Made by a program: the position numbers and the translations under genes. Positions 10,851-19,550 of a stretch of DNA of 64,000 bases are shown piece by piece (positions within the stretch are counted from its first letter, which is position 1; the number at the start of each line of letters is the position of its first letter). The notes beneath the pieces are model-generated. The model saw only the letters and a list, made by a program, of their open reading frames with translations, made no database searches and was not told where the DNA came from. Source of the DNA: a virus (lineage: Duplodnaviria > Caudoviricetes); IMG/VR virus record IMGVR_UViG_3300024297_000001, one strand, 5' to 3'.

Positions 10851-11344
10851 TACCAGTAAGTGCCGGTGATTTGTAAAGTGTATCTTGGATCAACTCCAAT
10901 GTTGCTGGCCGCATGTGGAGTATCAGGTTGCCATAAAACATATTCACCTGCTTTCCAATTTACAAATGCTTTGCTATCTACTTCAAAGTAGTGTCCTGGT
11001 TTCCAGTCTTCTAAGAAAACAATAGCACGTCTTACTTCGTTACGTTCTTTGTTAAACACTTTACAATATGTATTATAATGATCAACGTGTGTAGGCATGA
11101 TATCTAACGTATCCATTTTGTAAAATACAAAACCAGGATTATGTAAATTAAGTAATTGTGCTACTTGAATTGCATAGTCAGGCATTGTATTACGACTGTC
11201 ATACATTTTGCCTGTTGTATTTTCATGCGTATAGCCTTGCTTACGCCAAGCGTCAGACTCAGCACCTGTAATAGGTTGTCTAACGTAATTGAAGTATTTG
11301 TATCCTTCGTCCCATAATACAGGACATTTACCTTTAGTCCACAT
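10850..11344 (-). CDS. 2OG-Fe(II) oxygenase/cupin
   Basis: PTHVD (HxD) ... PHAASN (distal His) ... RYTLQIT. Confidence 0.7.
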   Translation of the reverse strand: MWTKGKCPVLWDEGYKYFNYVRQPITGAESDAWRKQGYTHENTTGKMYDSRNTMPDYAIQVAQLLNLHNPGFVFYKMDTLDIMPTHVDHYNTYCKVFNKERNEVRRAIVFLEDWKPGHYFEVDSKAFVNWKAGEYVLWQPDTPHAASNIGVDPRYTLQITGTYW

Positions 11345-12302
11345 CTCTTTTTGTATCCAATGTTACGCAGTGAAATCCACCGCCAAGTGTACGTTGATGT
11401 CGCATTGGTAACATAGCACACTCTATTCCTTGGTGCTCAAGAAGGTGTCTTAGATCCTCTTGGTGTTCTTCTAATGCAACTAACTTTGTATTTACACTAA
11501 ACAAGTTCATGTTAATCCACGTACTTGCATTACACCATTTAGGATAGTGGCCAATGTCTACAGGTTCAGGACACCATATAATATCCCAATTTCTAAATGG
11601 CTCAGGTAAATCTTCTCTTACTTTTATTCTACTTGGATTAACAAGTAATAACCCTTCACGTAAAAATGCAACAGTACTGTCAATATGCATGTAACTATAA
11701 ACATTTTGTAATAGGTTTACTTTAGCAGTAGCACCTAAGGCACCTTGTAATAAATTTGCACCTAACTTGTTTGCACTATTACTAACCAAGTATAACAGTT
11801 GGTCGTTTGCACGAATTATATTCGCGGCATCAAAAGCAGGACTGTATTCATTAAGTGCTAAAATATCTTTATTGCCAATACATTCTTTATTGTATAATTG
11901 ACTTTCGTTGAAGCAACGTATTTCTTTTGGGTTATCTAAATGATCTTCAAATGCTCTCCACTCGCCTTTTCTTGCACGTATAGGCATTGGTGTAGCAAGT
12001 GTTAGGTTACCATGTATAAACACACTGTCTCGAGGACAGTAATTATAGTAATGACAATCTGTTTTCTCTGGACGTACAACTTCTACACTTTCTGCTTGTA
12101 AAAATTTTACAAATGTTTCTAAGTCTTCATTTGCTTCTTCAATAACTTTACTTGGGTAAGGACCTTTGATAATTTCTGTTTCGTCTTTTTTATCTGCAAA
12201 ATTAACACAACGTAAACTAATATCTATATCATAAGGTATCTTGGCTTTGTCTGCAATGCCAACAATTACTTTTCTAAGTTGTCCCCATTCGTTTGTGTTC
12301 AT
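11334..12302 (-). CDS. Amidinotransferase (AGAT/StrB1-like)
   Basis: NEWGQLRKVIVG, CPRD, FDAAN (Asp), MHIDST (His) and GGGFHCVTLD (Cys) give the full pentein catalytic triad. Confidence 0.9.
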   Translation of the reverse strand: MNTNEWGQLRKVIVGIADKAKIPYDIDISLRCVNFADKKDETEIIKGPYPSKVIEEANEDLETFVKFLQAESVEVVRPEKTDCHYYNYCPRDSVFIHGNLTLATPMPIRARKGEWRAFEDHLDNPKEIRCFNESQLYNKECIGNKDILALNEYSPAFDAANIIRANDQLLYLVSNSANKLGANLLQGALGATAKVNLLQNVYSYMHIDSTVAFLREGLLLVNPSRIKVREDLPEPFRNWDIIWCPEPVDIGHYPKWCNASTWINMNLFSVNTKLVALEEHQEDLRHLLEHQGIECAMLPMRHQRTLGGGFHCVTLDTKRDVD

Positions 12303-12883
12303 TTAAAAACCTTCATGTCTGGAAGATATGGATAATCATTACTGCTCCATTCCTTTGTTGGTTCAGTAACGTTTTCTAATTTTTCAATACCAAGTTGTGC
12401 AGTTTCTGGAGTCATATAATAATGATATCCTATGTATTGAATGTCTTGTTCGCCCCATGGCTTATCATCTGTTCTACCATCATGTGCCATTGCTTTTAAT
12501 ACTGCATAGTCTGTTTCATTAGGACATAATATTGCACCGCCTCTACCTAAACTTAACATTTTCTTATGTTGAAAACTCAAACACTTATAGGTGTTAGGCA
12601 TGTAACTATTACGTTTGAAACTAACAGCACCGTCTATAATTCTTGTACCACCTAATACATATTCTTCATTCCAAGAAGCATCAACAAACTCCCAATCAAT
12701 GTTTAACTTCATTAATGTAAATGGAATACTAATATACGTTCTTGTAGGTATCTTTACGTGGTTAGGCTTTAGATATCGTAAACAAAGTTCAATAGAATGG
12801 GTACAACTATCCGTTGCAACGGCAAATGGTGCATTATAATACTCTGCAATGCGTTTTTCGAACTCTTTCACGGTTTCAAACAT
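12299..12883 (-). CDS. Short DegT/DnrJ/EryC1/StrS-family PLP aminotransferase
   Basis: FEKRIAEY...ATDSCT, IIDGA, LSFQHKKMLSLGRGGAI (Schiff-base Lys region), GYHYYMT; about 194 aa. Start placed at ATG 12883. Confidence 0.8.
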   Translation of the reverse strand: MFETVKEFEKRIAEYYNAPFAVATDSCTHSIELCLRYLKPNHVKIPTRTYISIPFTLMKLNIDWEFVDASWNEEYVLGGTRIIDGAVSFKRNSYMPNTYKCLSFQHKKMLSLGRGGAILCPNETDYAVLKAMAHDGRTDDKPWGEQDIQYIGYHYYMTPETAQLGIEKLENVTEPTKEWSSNDYPYLPDMKVFK

Positions 12884-12888
12884 ACACA

Positions 12889-12896
12889 TATTTATA
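12889..12896 (-). promoter_or_regulatory. Perfect T4 late box TATAAATA, 5 nt before ATG 12883
   Basis: Plus strand tatttata at 12889-12896; divergent intergenic region. Confidence 0.65.
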
Positions 12897-12905
12897 TGCG
12901 TAGTT

Positions 12906-12913
12906 AATAAGTA
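12906..12913 (+). promoter_or_regulatory. Late-box variant AATAAGTA, 5 nt before GTG 12919
   Basis: Same N5 spacing as the other boxes, but with TAAGTA instead of TAAATA. Confidence 0.35.
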
Positions 12914-12918
12914 ATAGT

Positions 12919-12984
12919 GTGAGTGAAATTATTAAATTATCCGTATGGTCTGAAAAATATCAAAATATTGGAGAGAACGCATGA
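12919..12984 (+). CDS. Putative 21-aa leader peptide MSEIIKLSVWSEKYQNIGENA
   Basis: GTG start 5 nt after a late-like box; the TGA stop overlaps the ATG of 12981 (ATGA). Not in the ORF track. Confidence 0.3.
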   Translation: MSEIIKLSVWSEKYQNIGENA

Positions 12985-14165
12985 ATATAGGATTTTTAGG
13001 AGTCGGTAAACTCGGTATACCATGTGCAGAAGAAATAGTCAAAAAAGGTCATACAGTTTTTGGTTATGATACTGCTAAAATTACCAGCGAATTAATTATA
13101 CAAAAGCCTACAATCAAAGATGCAGTAACTGGTGCAGACATTGTGTTTGTTGCAGTACCAACACCGCATCACGAAGATTATGACGGTAAACGTCCTACAA
13201 GTCATTTACCACCAAAAGATTTTAATTACGATATTGTAAATGATGTTCTTGAAGAAGCAGACATGCATATGACAAAGGATCAATTGCTTGTTCTTATCAG
13301 TACAGTATTACCAGGTACAACACGTAGAGAATTTGTACCACGTGTTACACATACACGTTTTGTATATAACCCATATCTAATTGCAATGGGTACTGTGGGT
13401 TGGGATATGATTAATCCTGAGATGGTAATGATAGGAACTGACGATGGTAGCGAAACAGGTGATGCAAAACAATTAAAAGAATTTTATCAAAGCATTATGG
13501 AAAATGACCCACGCTATGTTATAGGAACATATGACGAGTGCGAATGTATCAAAGTGTTTTACAATACATTTATTTCTACTAAATTAAGTTTTGTTAACAT
13601 GATTCAAGATGTTGCACAACGTCAAGGTAACATTAATGTTGACGTAGTAACAAAAGCCTTAGCAGAAAGTACACAACGTATAATGAGTCCTGCATATATG
13701 ACAGCAGGCATGGGTGATGGTGGTAGTTGTCACCCAAGAGATAATATTGCTTTACGTTACATGGCAAAAGAATTAAATTTAGAATATGATATTTTTGATA
13801 ACATTATGAAAGCAAGAGAAATACAAGCAAAAAATCTTGCAAAGTTTGTTGTTGAAACAAAAAAGAAATATGGCGGAAGTATTTTCTTAAATGGTATATC
13901 ATACAAACCAGGCGTACCTTACATTGACGGAAGTTATGCACTACTTGTTGATCACTATGTTAAGGAACTTGGACACAGTATGATTTACATTGATCCACTT
14001 GCAAGTGAAATGCCAAGTAGTCAAGTAAGCCTTGGAGGTATTATTTTACTTGCACACCCAACCCCGTACTTAGAATACTCAACAGACTCAGTGTTTATTG
14101 ATCCGTGGAGAAAAATGAAACCTAATTCTAAGTATCTTGTCATACAATACGGAAACACAAGATAA
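12981..14165 (+). CDS. UDP-glucose/GDP-mannose dehydrogenase family protein (non-canonical motifs)
   Basis: GVGKLG Rossmann motif, VAVPTP, LISTVLPGTT, IKVFYNTFISTK and GDGGSCHPRD (catalytic Cys); C-terminal domain present. Confidence 0.9.
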   Translation: MNIGFLGVGKLGIPCAEEIVKKGHTVFGYDTAKITSELIIQKPTIKDAVTGADIVFVAVPTPHHEDYDGKRPTSHLPPKDFNYDIVNDVLEEADMHMTKDQLLVLISTVLPGTTRREFVPRVTHTRFVYNPYLIAMGTVGWDMINPEMVMIGTDDGSETGDAKQLKEFYQSIMENDPRYVIGTYDECECIKVFYNTFISTKLSFVNMIQDVAQRQGNINVDVVTKALAESTQRIMSPAYMTAGMGDGGSCHPRDNIALRYMAKELNLEYDIFDNIMKAREIQAKNLAKFVVETKKKYGGSIFLNGISYKPGVPYIDGSYALLVDHYVKELGHSMIYIDPLASEMPSSQVSLGGIILLAHPTPYLEYSTDSVFIDPWRKMKPNSKYLVIQYGNTR

Positions 14166-14977
14166 TGTTTTACACTAAGGATCATCCGTTATTATATTTT
14201 CCTGAAATAGCAGGTAAAAGTTTACAATGGTATTGTGGTGACGATTTAGAAAACTACAATCAGTACAACAAAGAAGGTTGGGAGTATCATAATACTGCTG
14301 ATAAGTTAGAATACAACTTTAACAGTCTTGGATATCGTACAAAAGAATTAACGGGTCTTAATAACGATTATATTTTAGTGTTCGGGTGCAGTTATACTGA
14401 AGGCGTAGGTTTATACGAAGAACAAATATGGTGTAATAAAATTAGCAAGATGTATGATATAGACGTAATAAACTTAGCCAAAGCAGGTACAGGACCTGAT
14501 ATTGTTGCGTTAAATACACAATTATTCATAAAGAACAAATTTGTACTTCCTAAATGCGTCTTAATTCAATGGCCACAATCGTCACGAAAAAGTTTTGCAT
14601 ACACTGAAAAGAAATTGTTTACTAATCAAATAAGATTAGAAGATAGGAATATTATGTTCCTTCCAGACGGAACTGAAGAAGAATACGAAATGATGGACTC
14701 AGTTTGGTACCACAAACGTTGGGTTCATGAACAAGGACAAATGAATTATGAGAATTTGTATCATCTAAATAGTGTAAACAATATATGGAACGCACTTGGT
14801 GTGCCTGTACATAATTGGACATTCCAAGCAGACTTTAAAACAAAGTATGACAAAGATATGGTACAAACAGTAAAAACAAAGATGACTGGTCGTGCAAGAG
14901 ATGAGGCCCATGACGGAGAAAGCATACACGACCAAGTTGTCGCACAAATAAAGGATAAAGTAAAATGTATGATATAG
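14165..14977 (+). CDS. SGNH hydrolase/acyltransferase-like protein
   Basis: LVFGCSYTEG (block I Ser), NLAKAG, and C-terminal RDEAHDG (DxxH). Confidence 0.55.
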   Translation: MFYTKDHPLLYFPEIAGKSLQWYCGDDLENYNQYNKEGWEYHNTADKLEYNFNSLGYRTKELTGLNNDYILVFGCSYTEGVGLYEEQIWCNKISKMYDIDVINLAKAGTGPDIVALNTQLFIKNKFVLPKCVLIQWPQSSRKSFAYTEKKLFTNQIRLEDRNIMFLPDGTEEEYEMMDSVWYHKRWVHEQGQMNYENLYHLNSVNNIWNALGVPVHNWTFQADFKTKYDKDMVQTVKTKMTGRARDEAHDGESIHDQVVAQIKDKVKCMI

Positions 14978-15654
14978 TCTTCATAAGTTACGGCGAACCA
15001 AACGCTGATGAAAACTGGAAACATATTAAGCAAATGTTTCCTATGGCGAAACGTGTAAAAGATGTTAAAGGTTTACATCAAGCACACATTGCCGCGGCTA
15101 AAAAATGTTTTACAAAAATGTTCTGGGTTATTGATGCTGATGCAGAGTTAATGCCAGACTTTGATTTTAATTTTGAGGTTTCCGAGTGGGATTTAGAAAC
15201 AGTGCATGTATGGCGAAGTATAAATCCGATCAACGACTTGGAATACGGGTATGGAGGTGTAAAGTTATTACCGCGATCACTCACACTGAACATGGACACT
15301 TCCATGCCCGACATGACTACAAGTATCAGTGATAAGTTCAAAGCAATGCCAGAGATAAGTTGCGTAACAGGATTTAACACTGATCCTTTGAGTACTTGGC
15401 GTGGAGCATTTAGAGAATGTGCAAAATTAGCAAGTAAAACTATTCCAGGACAAGTAGATGAAGAAACAGAGAAGCGTTTGGAAACATGGCTTACTGTTGG
15501 TGCTGAAAGACAGTACGGAAAGATTGCAATGCACGGAGCGGCATGTGGTAAGCAATTTGGAGAACACTATAGAGGCAATGTAGAAGCACTTGCAATGTTA
15601 AATGATTTTGATTATTTAGAAGAGGAGTTTAATGAACACAAAGATTCCTTTTAA
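14965..15654 (+). CDS. GT-A-like (GT2-like) protein
   Basis: IVFISYGEPNADENW...AHIAAAK...WVIDAD (DxD); paralog of 7369..8256. Confidence 0.55.
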   Translation: MYDIVFISYGEPNADENWKHIKQMFPMAKRVKDVKGLHQAHIAAAKKCFTKMFWVIDADAELMPDFDFNFEVSEWDLETVHVWRSINPINDLEYGYGGVKLLPRSLTLNMDTSMPDMTTSISDKFKAMPEISCVTGFNTDPLSTWRGAFRECAKLASKTIPGQVDEETEKRLETWLTVGAERQYGKIAMHGAACGKQFGEHYRGNVEALAMLNDFDYLEEEFNEHKDSF

Positions 15655-16591
15655 GGATATTGTCAGCCTTGGACAAAAGACAATGCTGGATACTAATCTA
15701 TTCAGCGTTAGTTGGATCCTCGGCAGGTTTTGTAATTACAAGTGTAGTTACTGTTGGCCTTATGCTAACACTGACAAGCCAGACTATCAGGAATTAGAAA
15801 TCTATAAAACATCTATTGATGAAATTAAGAAACAAGCAAAAGCAAATGGCTTTGACAAGTTTCATTTTAGTTTTAGTGGAGGAGAGCCTACAGCATACAA
15901 AGGCTTTTTAGATTTAGTTAATCACTATGAAGATTATGAAAGTGAATACCTAAGCATACACATGACAAGTAATTGTAGTCCAGCAAAGAAATGGTGGAAG
16001 AAGTTTTTAGATGTTACAGATGTTATGGACAGAAGAAGTATTACAGCAAGTTTTCATGCAGAATTTGCAAATGAAAAAGAATTCGGAGATAAACTTTTAT
16101 ATCTCCAAGACGAAGGTGTACTTGTAACTATTAATCAAGTTATGGTACCCGAACTATGGGAGGAATATTATGCCAGAAGTAAAAGATTTATTGAACGGGG
16201 TTTACACGTTACTCTTAAGCCTCAGTCTGATCCTACCGCTTCTTTTGTGGTTGATGGTTATACCGAGGAACAAAAAGAAATATTGCGTACCGAAAGCGAA
16301 CAATCGGTCCATCAAGTATCGCTCAAAGATGTTAATGGAGTAGAATACAGTATTGACCAAGCAGAAAGATTAAATGCTTTTGGTTTTAATAAATTTAAAG
16401 GTTGGGAATGTAATAGCGGATATCAAAGTTGTATAATTAGAAACAATGAAGTTAAACGTAGTTACAGTTGCCATGATACACCATTAGGAACATTAACTGA
16501 AGGGTTCAGTTTGTTTGATAAGCCAATGCCTTGTATTACACCAAGTTGTGTAAGCAGTGCAGATAGTAAAATACCAAAGAGAAAAATATGA
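15632..16591 (+). CDS. Radical SAM protein with C-terminal Cys cluster
   Basis: CNYKCSYC, SGGEP, C-terminal GWECNSG...C...CITPSC; paralog of 21383..22327. Confidence 0.9.
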   Translation: MNTKIPFKDIVSLGQKTMLDTNLFSVSWILGRFCNYKCSYCWPYANTDKPDYQELEIYKTSIDEIKKQAKANGFDKFHFSFSGGEPTAYKGFLDLVNHYEDYESEYLSIHMTSNCSPAKKWWKKFLDVTDVMDRRSITASFHAEFANEKEFGDKLLYLQDEGVLVTINQVMVPELWEEYYARSKRFIERGLHVTLKPQSDPTASFVVDGYTEEQKEILRTESEQSVHQVSLKDVNGVEYSIDQAERLNAFGFNKFKGWECNSGYQSCIIRNNEVKRSYSCHDTPLGTLTEGFSLFDKPMPCITPSCVSSADSKIPKRKI

Positions 16592-17340
16592 AAATAGGAA
16601 TAGCAGGATACGGATATGTCGGTAAAGCCATTGCCGAATCTATGAAAGACAAATACGAAGTGCTAATTAACGATCCAGCACTTGGTCATAAAGCAAGTTT
16701 TAAAGAAGTACAGGCACTTATAGTGTGTGTAAGCACACCAAGAAGTTCAGCAGGTTATTGTGTAATGGATAATGTGTATCAGGTAATAGAAAAAGCATCT
16801 AATGAGATTCCTATACTAATTAAAAGCACAATTAGTCTTGAAGGTTGGCGTATGCTTAAAGATACGTTTCCTGAAAAGGAAATAACATTCAGTCCAGAGT
16901 TTTTAACTGCCGCAAATGCAAACTCAGACTTTGCAAACACGCAACAAATTTTACTTGGTGGAGATAATACACAGTTTTGGTCAGGATTTTTTGTAGACTT
17001 ACTTGGTACTGTTGATGTAAAGATTGCAGATCCAGAAGATCTTGTAATAGCCAAGTATGTACGTAACAGTTATCTTGCATTAAAGGTTACATATTTTAAT
17101 CAGTTGTATGATTTCTGTGAAAAAGCAGGTGTAGACTTTGAACAAGTAAGGAAATATGTTGCAGATGACTCTCGTATAGGATACAGTCATACTAATGTAA
17201 CAAAAGAACGTGGATTTGGTGGGCATTGTTTTCCTAAAGACGTAGATGCGTTCTTACATCAAGCAAAAGGATATAATACTGAACTTTCACTGCTTGAAGA
17301 AGCAGTTAAATATAATAGTAAGATTAGAAATGAAAATTGA
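16588..17340 (+). CDS. UDP-glucose 6-dehydrogenase-like protein lacking the C-terminal domain
   Basis: GYGYVG, LIKST, FSPEFL, AKYVRNSYLALK, GFGGHCFPKD; ends at 250 aa. Confidence 0.85.
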   Translation: MKIGIAGYGYVGKAIAESMKDKYEVLINDPALGHKASFKEVQALIVCVSTPRSSAGYCVMDNVYQVIEKASNEIPILIKSTISLEGWRMLKDTFPEKEITFSPEFLTAANANSDFANTQQILLGGDNTQFWSGFFVDLLGTVDVKIADPEDLVIAKYVRNSYLALKVTYFNQLYDFCEKAGVDFEQVRKYVADDSRIGYSHTNVTKERGFGGHCFPKDVDAFLHQAKGYNTELSLLEEAVKYNSKIRNEN

Positions 17341-17938
17341 TATTCAAGATATTAAGTTCTGGATGGACGCAATTCGCAATAGCGAAGATAAAGATCGTAC
17401 ATTAGAAACTTTCTGGGGTGGTCAAATACAATCCAAGTTATGGTTGATTGAAACTGTCGCTGAAAAAAACAAAATGATCCGAAATGCTGAAATTGTTATA
17501 CATGGAGGTTGGAATGGATTGTTAGCAAGTATGCTATTCAACAGTGAAATAGGTATTAAGAAAGTTGTAAGTGTTGATGTTGATCCTGTATGCAAAGAAA
17601 TTGCAACTACAGTAAACAAGAGATACGAAATGGAAGGTAAGTTTGAAGCAGTAACCTGCGATATGGTAGATTACGAATACACAGCAGAACCATACATTGT
17701 AATTAATACAAGTTGCGAACATATTACACAAGACAAATACAAAAAGTGGTTAGCAAAAGTTCCTGATTCAGCACAAGTTGTTGTACAAAGTAATGACTAC
17801 TATGAATTAGAAGAACATATTAACTGTTGTAAGAACTTAGAACAGTTTGCAAGACGAAGTTTGTTAGATGTAGATATTAAAGACGAAATAGAATTACCCA
17901 AATATAAACGTTTTATGGTTATAGGAAAGAAAAAATGA
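17330..17938 (+). CDS. Class I SAM-dependent methyltransferase-like protein
   Basis: VIHGGWNG followed by VVSVDVDP (motif I/II) and VINTSCEH. Start moved to ATG 17330. Confidence 0.6.
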   Translation: MKIDIQDIKFWMDAIRNSEDKDRTLETFWGGQIQSKLWLIETVAEKNKMIRNAEIVIHGGWNGLLASMLFNSEIGIKKVVSVDVDPVCKEIATTVNKRYEMEGKFEAVTCDMVDYEYTAEPYIVINTSCEHITQDKYKKWLAKVPDSAQVVVQSNDYYELEEHINCCKNLEQFARRSLLDVDIKDEIELPKYKRFMVIGKKK

Positions 17939-18552
17939 TTCACAGACTTACACAATACGGTCAACTTATAGAATTAGACATCACAACAGATGCTGAGGCA
18001 ATGATTGCTTGGGCAAATGAATTTGATTGGGTAAAATATAATCCACGTAAGGATATTAATCGTTGGGGTTTAAGTATTACAAGTTTAGATGGCGGTATTA
18101 CAGGTGTACCAGACTTAGATAGTTTGTATGAATATAACAAAGAAAACAAAACAGGATATAACGAAAAAGATTTTAATGTGCCTACACCAGTTCTAAACAA
18201 ACAAATAGAAGAAGTGTTAGAACCTTGGAAGGACAATTACTATAGAACACACTTTTTAAAGTTTGGTCCAGGCGGATTCTTTCCTCCACATAGAGATTGG
18301 AACTACAGTTCAGGTAGAGCAGACAGTTTTAGATTGATAATGCCTTTGCGTAATGTTAATCCACCTTATTTTAATTTTGTATTAGAAGATAAAATGCTAC
18401 ATTGGGAAGTAGGTAGACTATACTTTGTAGATACTTTAAAAATGCACTACCTATTCAATAGTGGCTTTAATGATAGTTACTGGTTAATTGTAAATGTTGA
18501 TCTAAATCCAGACACTGTTAATGCTACACTTGGGAGATTAAATCAAAAGTAA
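17935..18552 (+). CDS. 2OG-Fe(II) oxygenase (Asp/Asn beta-hydroxylase-like)
   Basis: GGFFPPHRD (HxD) ... DTLKMHYLFN. Confidence 0.75.
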   Translation: MIHRLTQYGQLIELDITTDAEAMIAWANEFDWVKYNPRKDINRWGLSITSLDGGITGVPDLDSLYEYNKENKTGYNEKDFNVPTPVLNKQIEEVLEPWKDNYYRTHFLKFGPGGFFPPHRDWNYSSGRADSFRLIMPLRNVNPPYFNFVLEDKMLHWEVGRLYFVDTLKMHYLFNSGFNDSYWLIVNVDLNPDTVNATLGRLNQK

Positions 18553-19550
18553 TGTATAACTACGAAGATATTACATCAATACATTTAGAAGTAACTTCTA
18601 AGTGCCAAGCAAGATGTCCTATGTGTCCAAGACGATTACATGGCGGACCGTTACTTGAAGGCTTAGACTTGGAAGAAATATCTATTGACACTTTTAAGGA
18701 ATGGTTTCCTGTAAGTTTTGTACAACAATTAAAGTTTCTTAATATGTGTGGTAACTTGGGCGATCCTATTGTTGCAAAAGACACATTAGAAATTTTTAGA
18801 TATCTACGTGAAAACAATTCAGAAATGACATTGCAAATGCACACTAACGGAAGTGGTAGAACTAAAGAGTGGTGGCGCGGACTTGCAGAACTAAAAGTAA
18901 AAGTTGTGTTTGGCATTGACGGACTTGGAGATACTCATGCACTATACAGAATAAACACTAACTGGGAAAAGATTATTAACAATGCATCACAGTTTATACA
19001 CGTAGGCGGAGATGCACGTTGGGACATGCTTGTATTCAAACATAACGAACACCAAGTTGATACTTGTGAAAAGATGAGCAAGGAGTTAGGATTCAAAGGA
19101 TTTAGTATTAAACATACAACAAGATTCAAAGACGGTAGGTTTGATGTGCTTGATGACAACTACAAAATCACACATACCTTATTGCCGTCAAGTAAGAGTC
19201 TTGAAATGATTGCTCCGGCAAAAGAAGCACAACAAGAAAAGTTGCCTTTAATTACTTGCAAAGCAAAACAAGATAATCAAATGTACATAAGTGCAAATGG
19301 TAATGTTAGTCCTTGCTGTTGGTTAGACTTAGAATGGTTACCACAGCACAGTGGTAGTAGAATAGATTACATGGTAAAGATTGGTAAGTTTCCTAACTTG
19401 CATAAACAATCATTTAAAGAAATATTTGACAGCAACTTCTTTAGTAGTATTAGTGGTTGTTGGACTTCAACAGGACTTGCAGAATGTTCTAAACAGTGTG
19501 GAAAGTTTGACAAACTAAATGCACAGTTTGAAAGGAAGGAACATGTCTAA
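18552..19550 (+). CDS. Radical SAM protein with C-terminal twitch/SPASM domain
   Basis: CQARCPMC; C-terminal C...YISANGNVSPCC...C.KQC; paralog of 25672..26658. Confidence 0.9.
   Translation: MYNYEDITSIHLEVTSKCQARCPMCPRRLHGGPLLEGLDLEEISIDTFKEWFPVSFVQQLKFLNMCGNLGDPIVAKDTLEIFRYLRENNSEMTLQMHTNGSGRTKEWWRGLAELKVKVVFGIDGLGDTHALYRINTNWEKIINNASQFIHVGGDARWDMLVFKHNEHQVDTCEKMSKELGFKGFSIKHTTRFKDGRFDVLDDNYKITHTLLPSSKSLEMIAPAKEAQQEKLPLITCKAKQDNQMYISANGNVSPCCWLDLEWLPQHSGSRIDYMVKIGKFPNLHKQSFKEIFDSNFFSSISGCWTSTGLAECSKQCGKFDKLNAQFERKEHV

Noticed and set aside
16588-17938. Frameshift splitting a full-length UDP-glucose dehydrogenase
   Set aside because: The downstream ORF has methyltransferase motifs, not the UDP-binding domain, so the short form looks like a genuine gene end.
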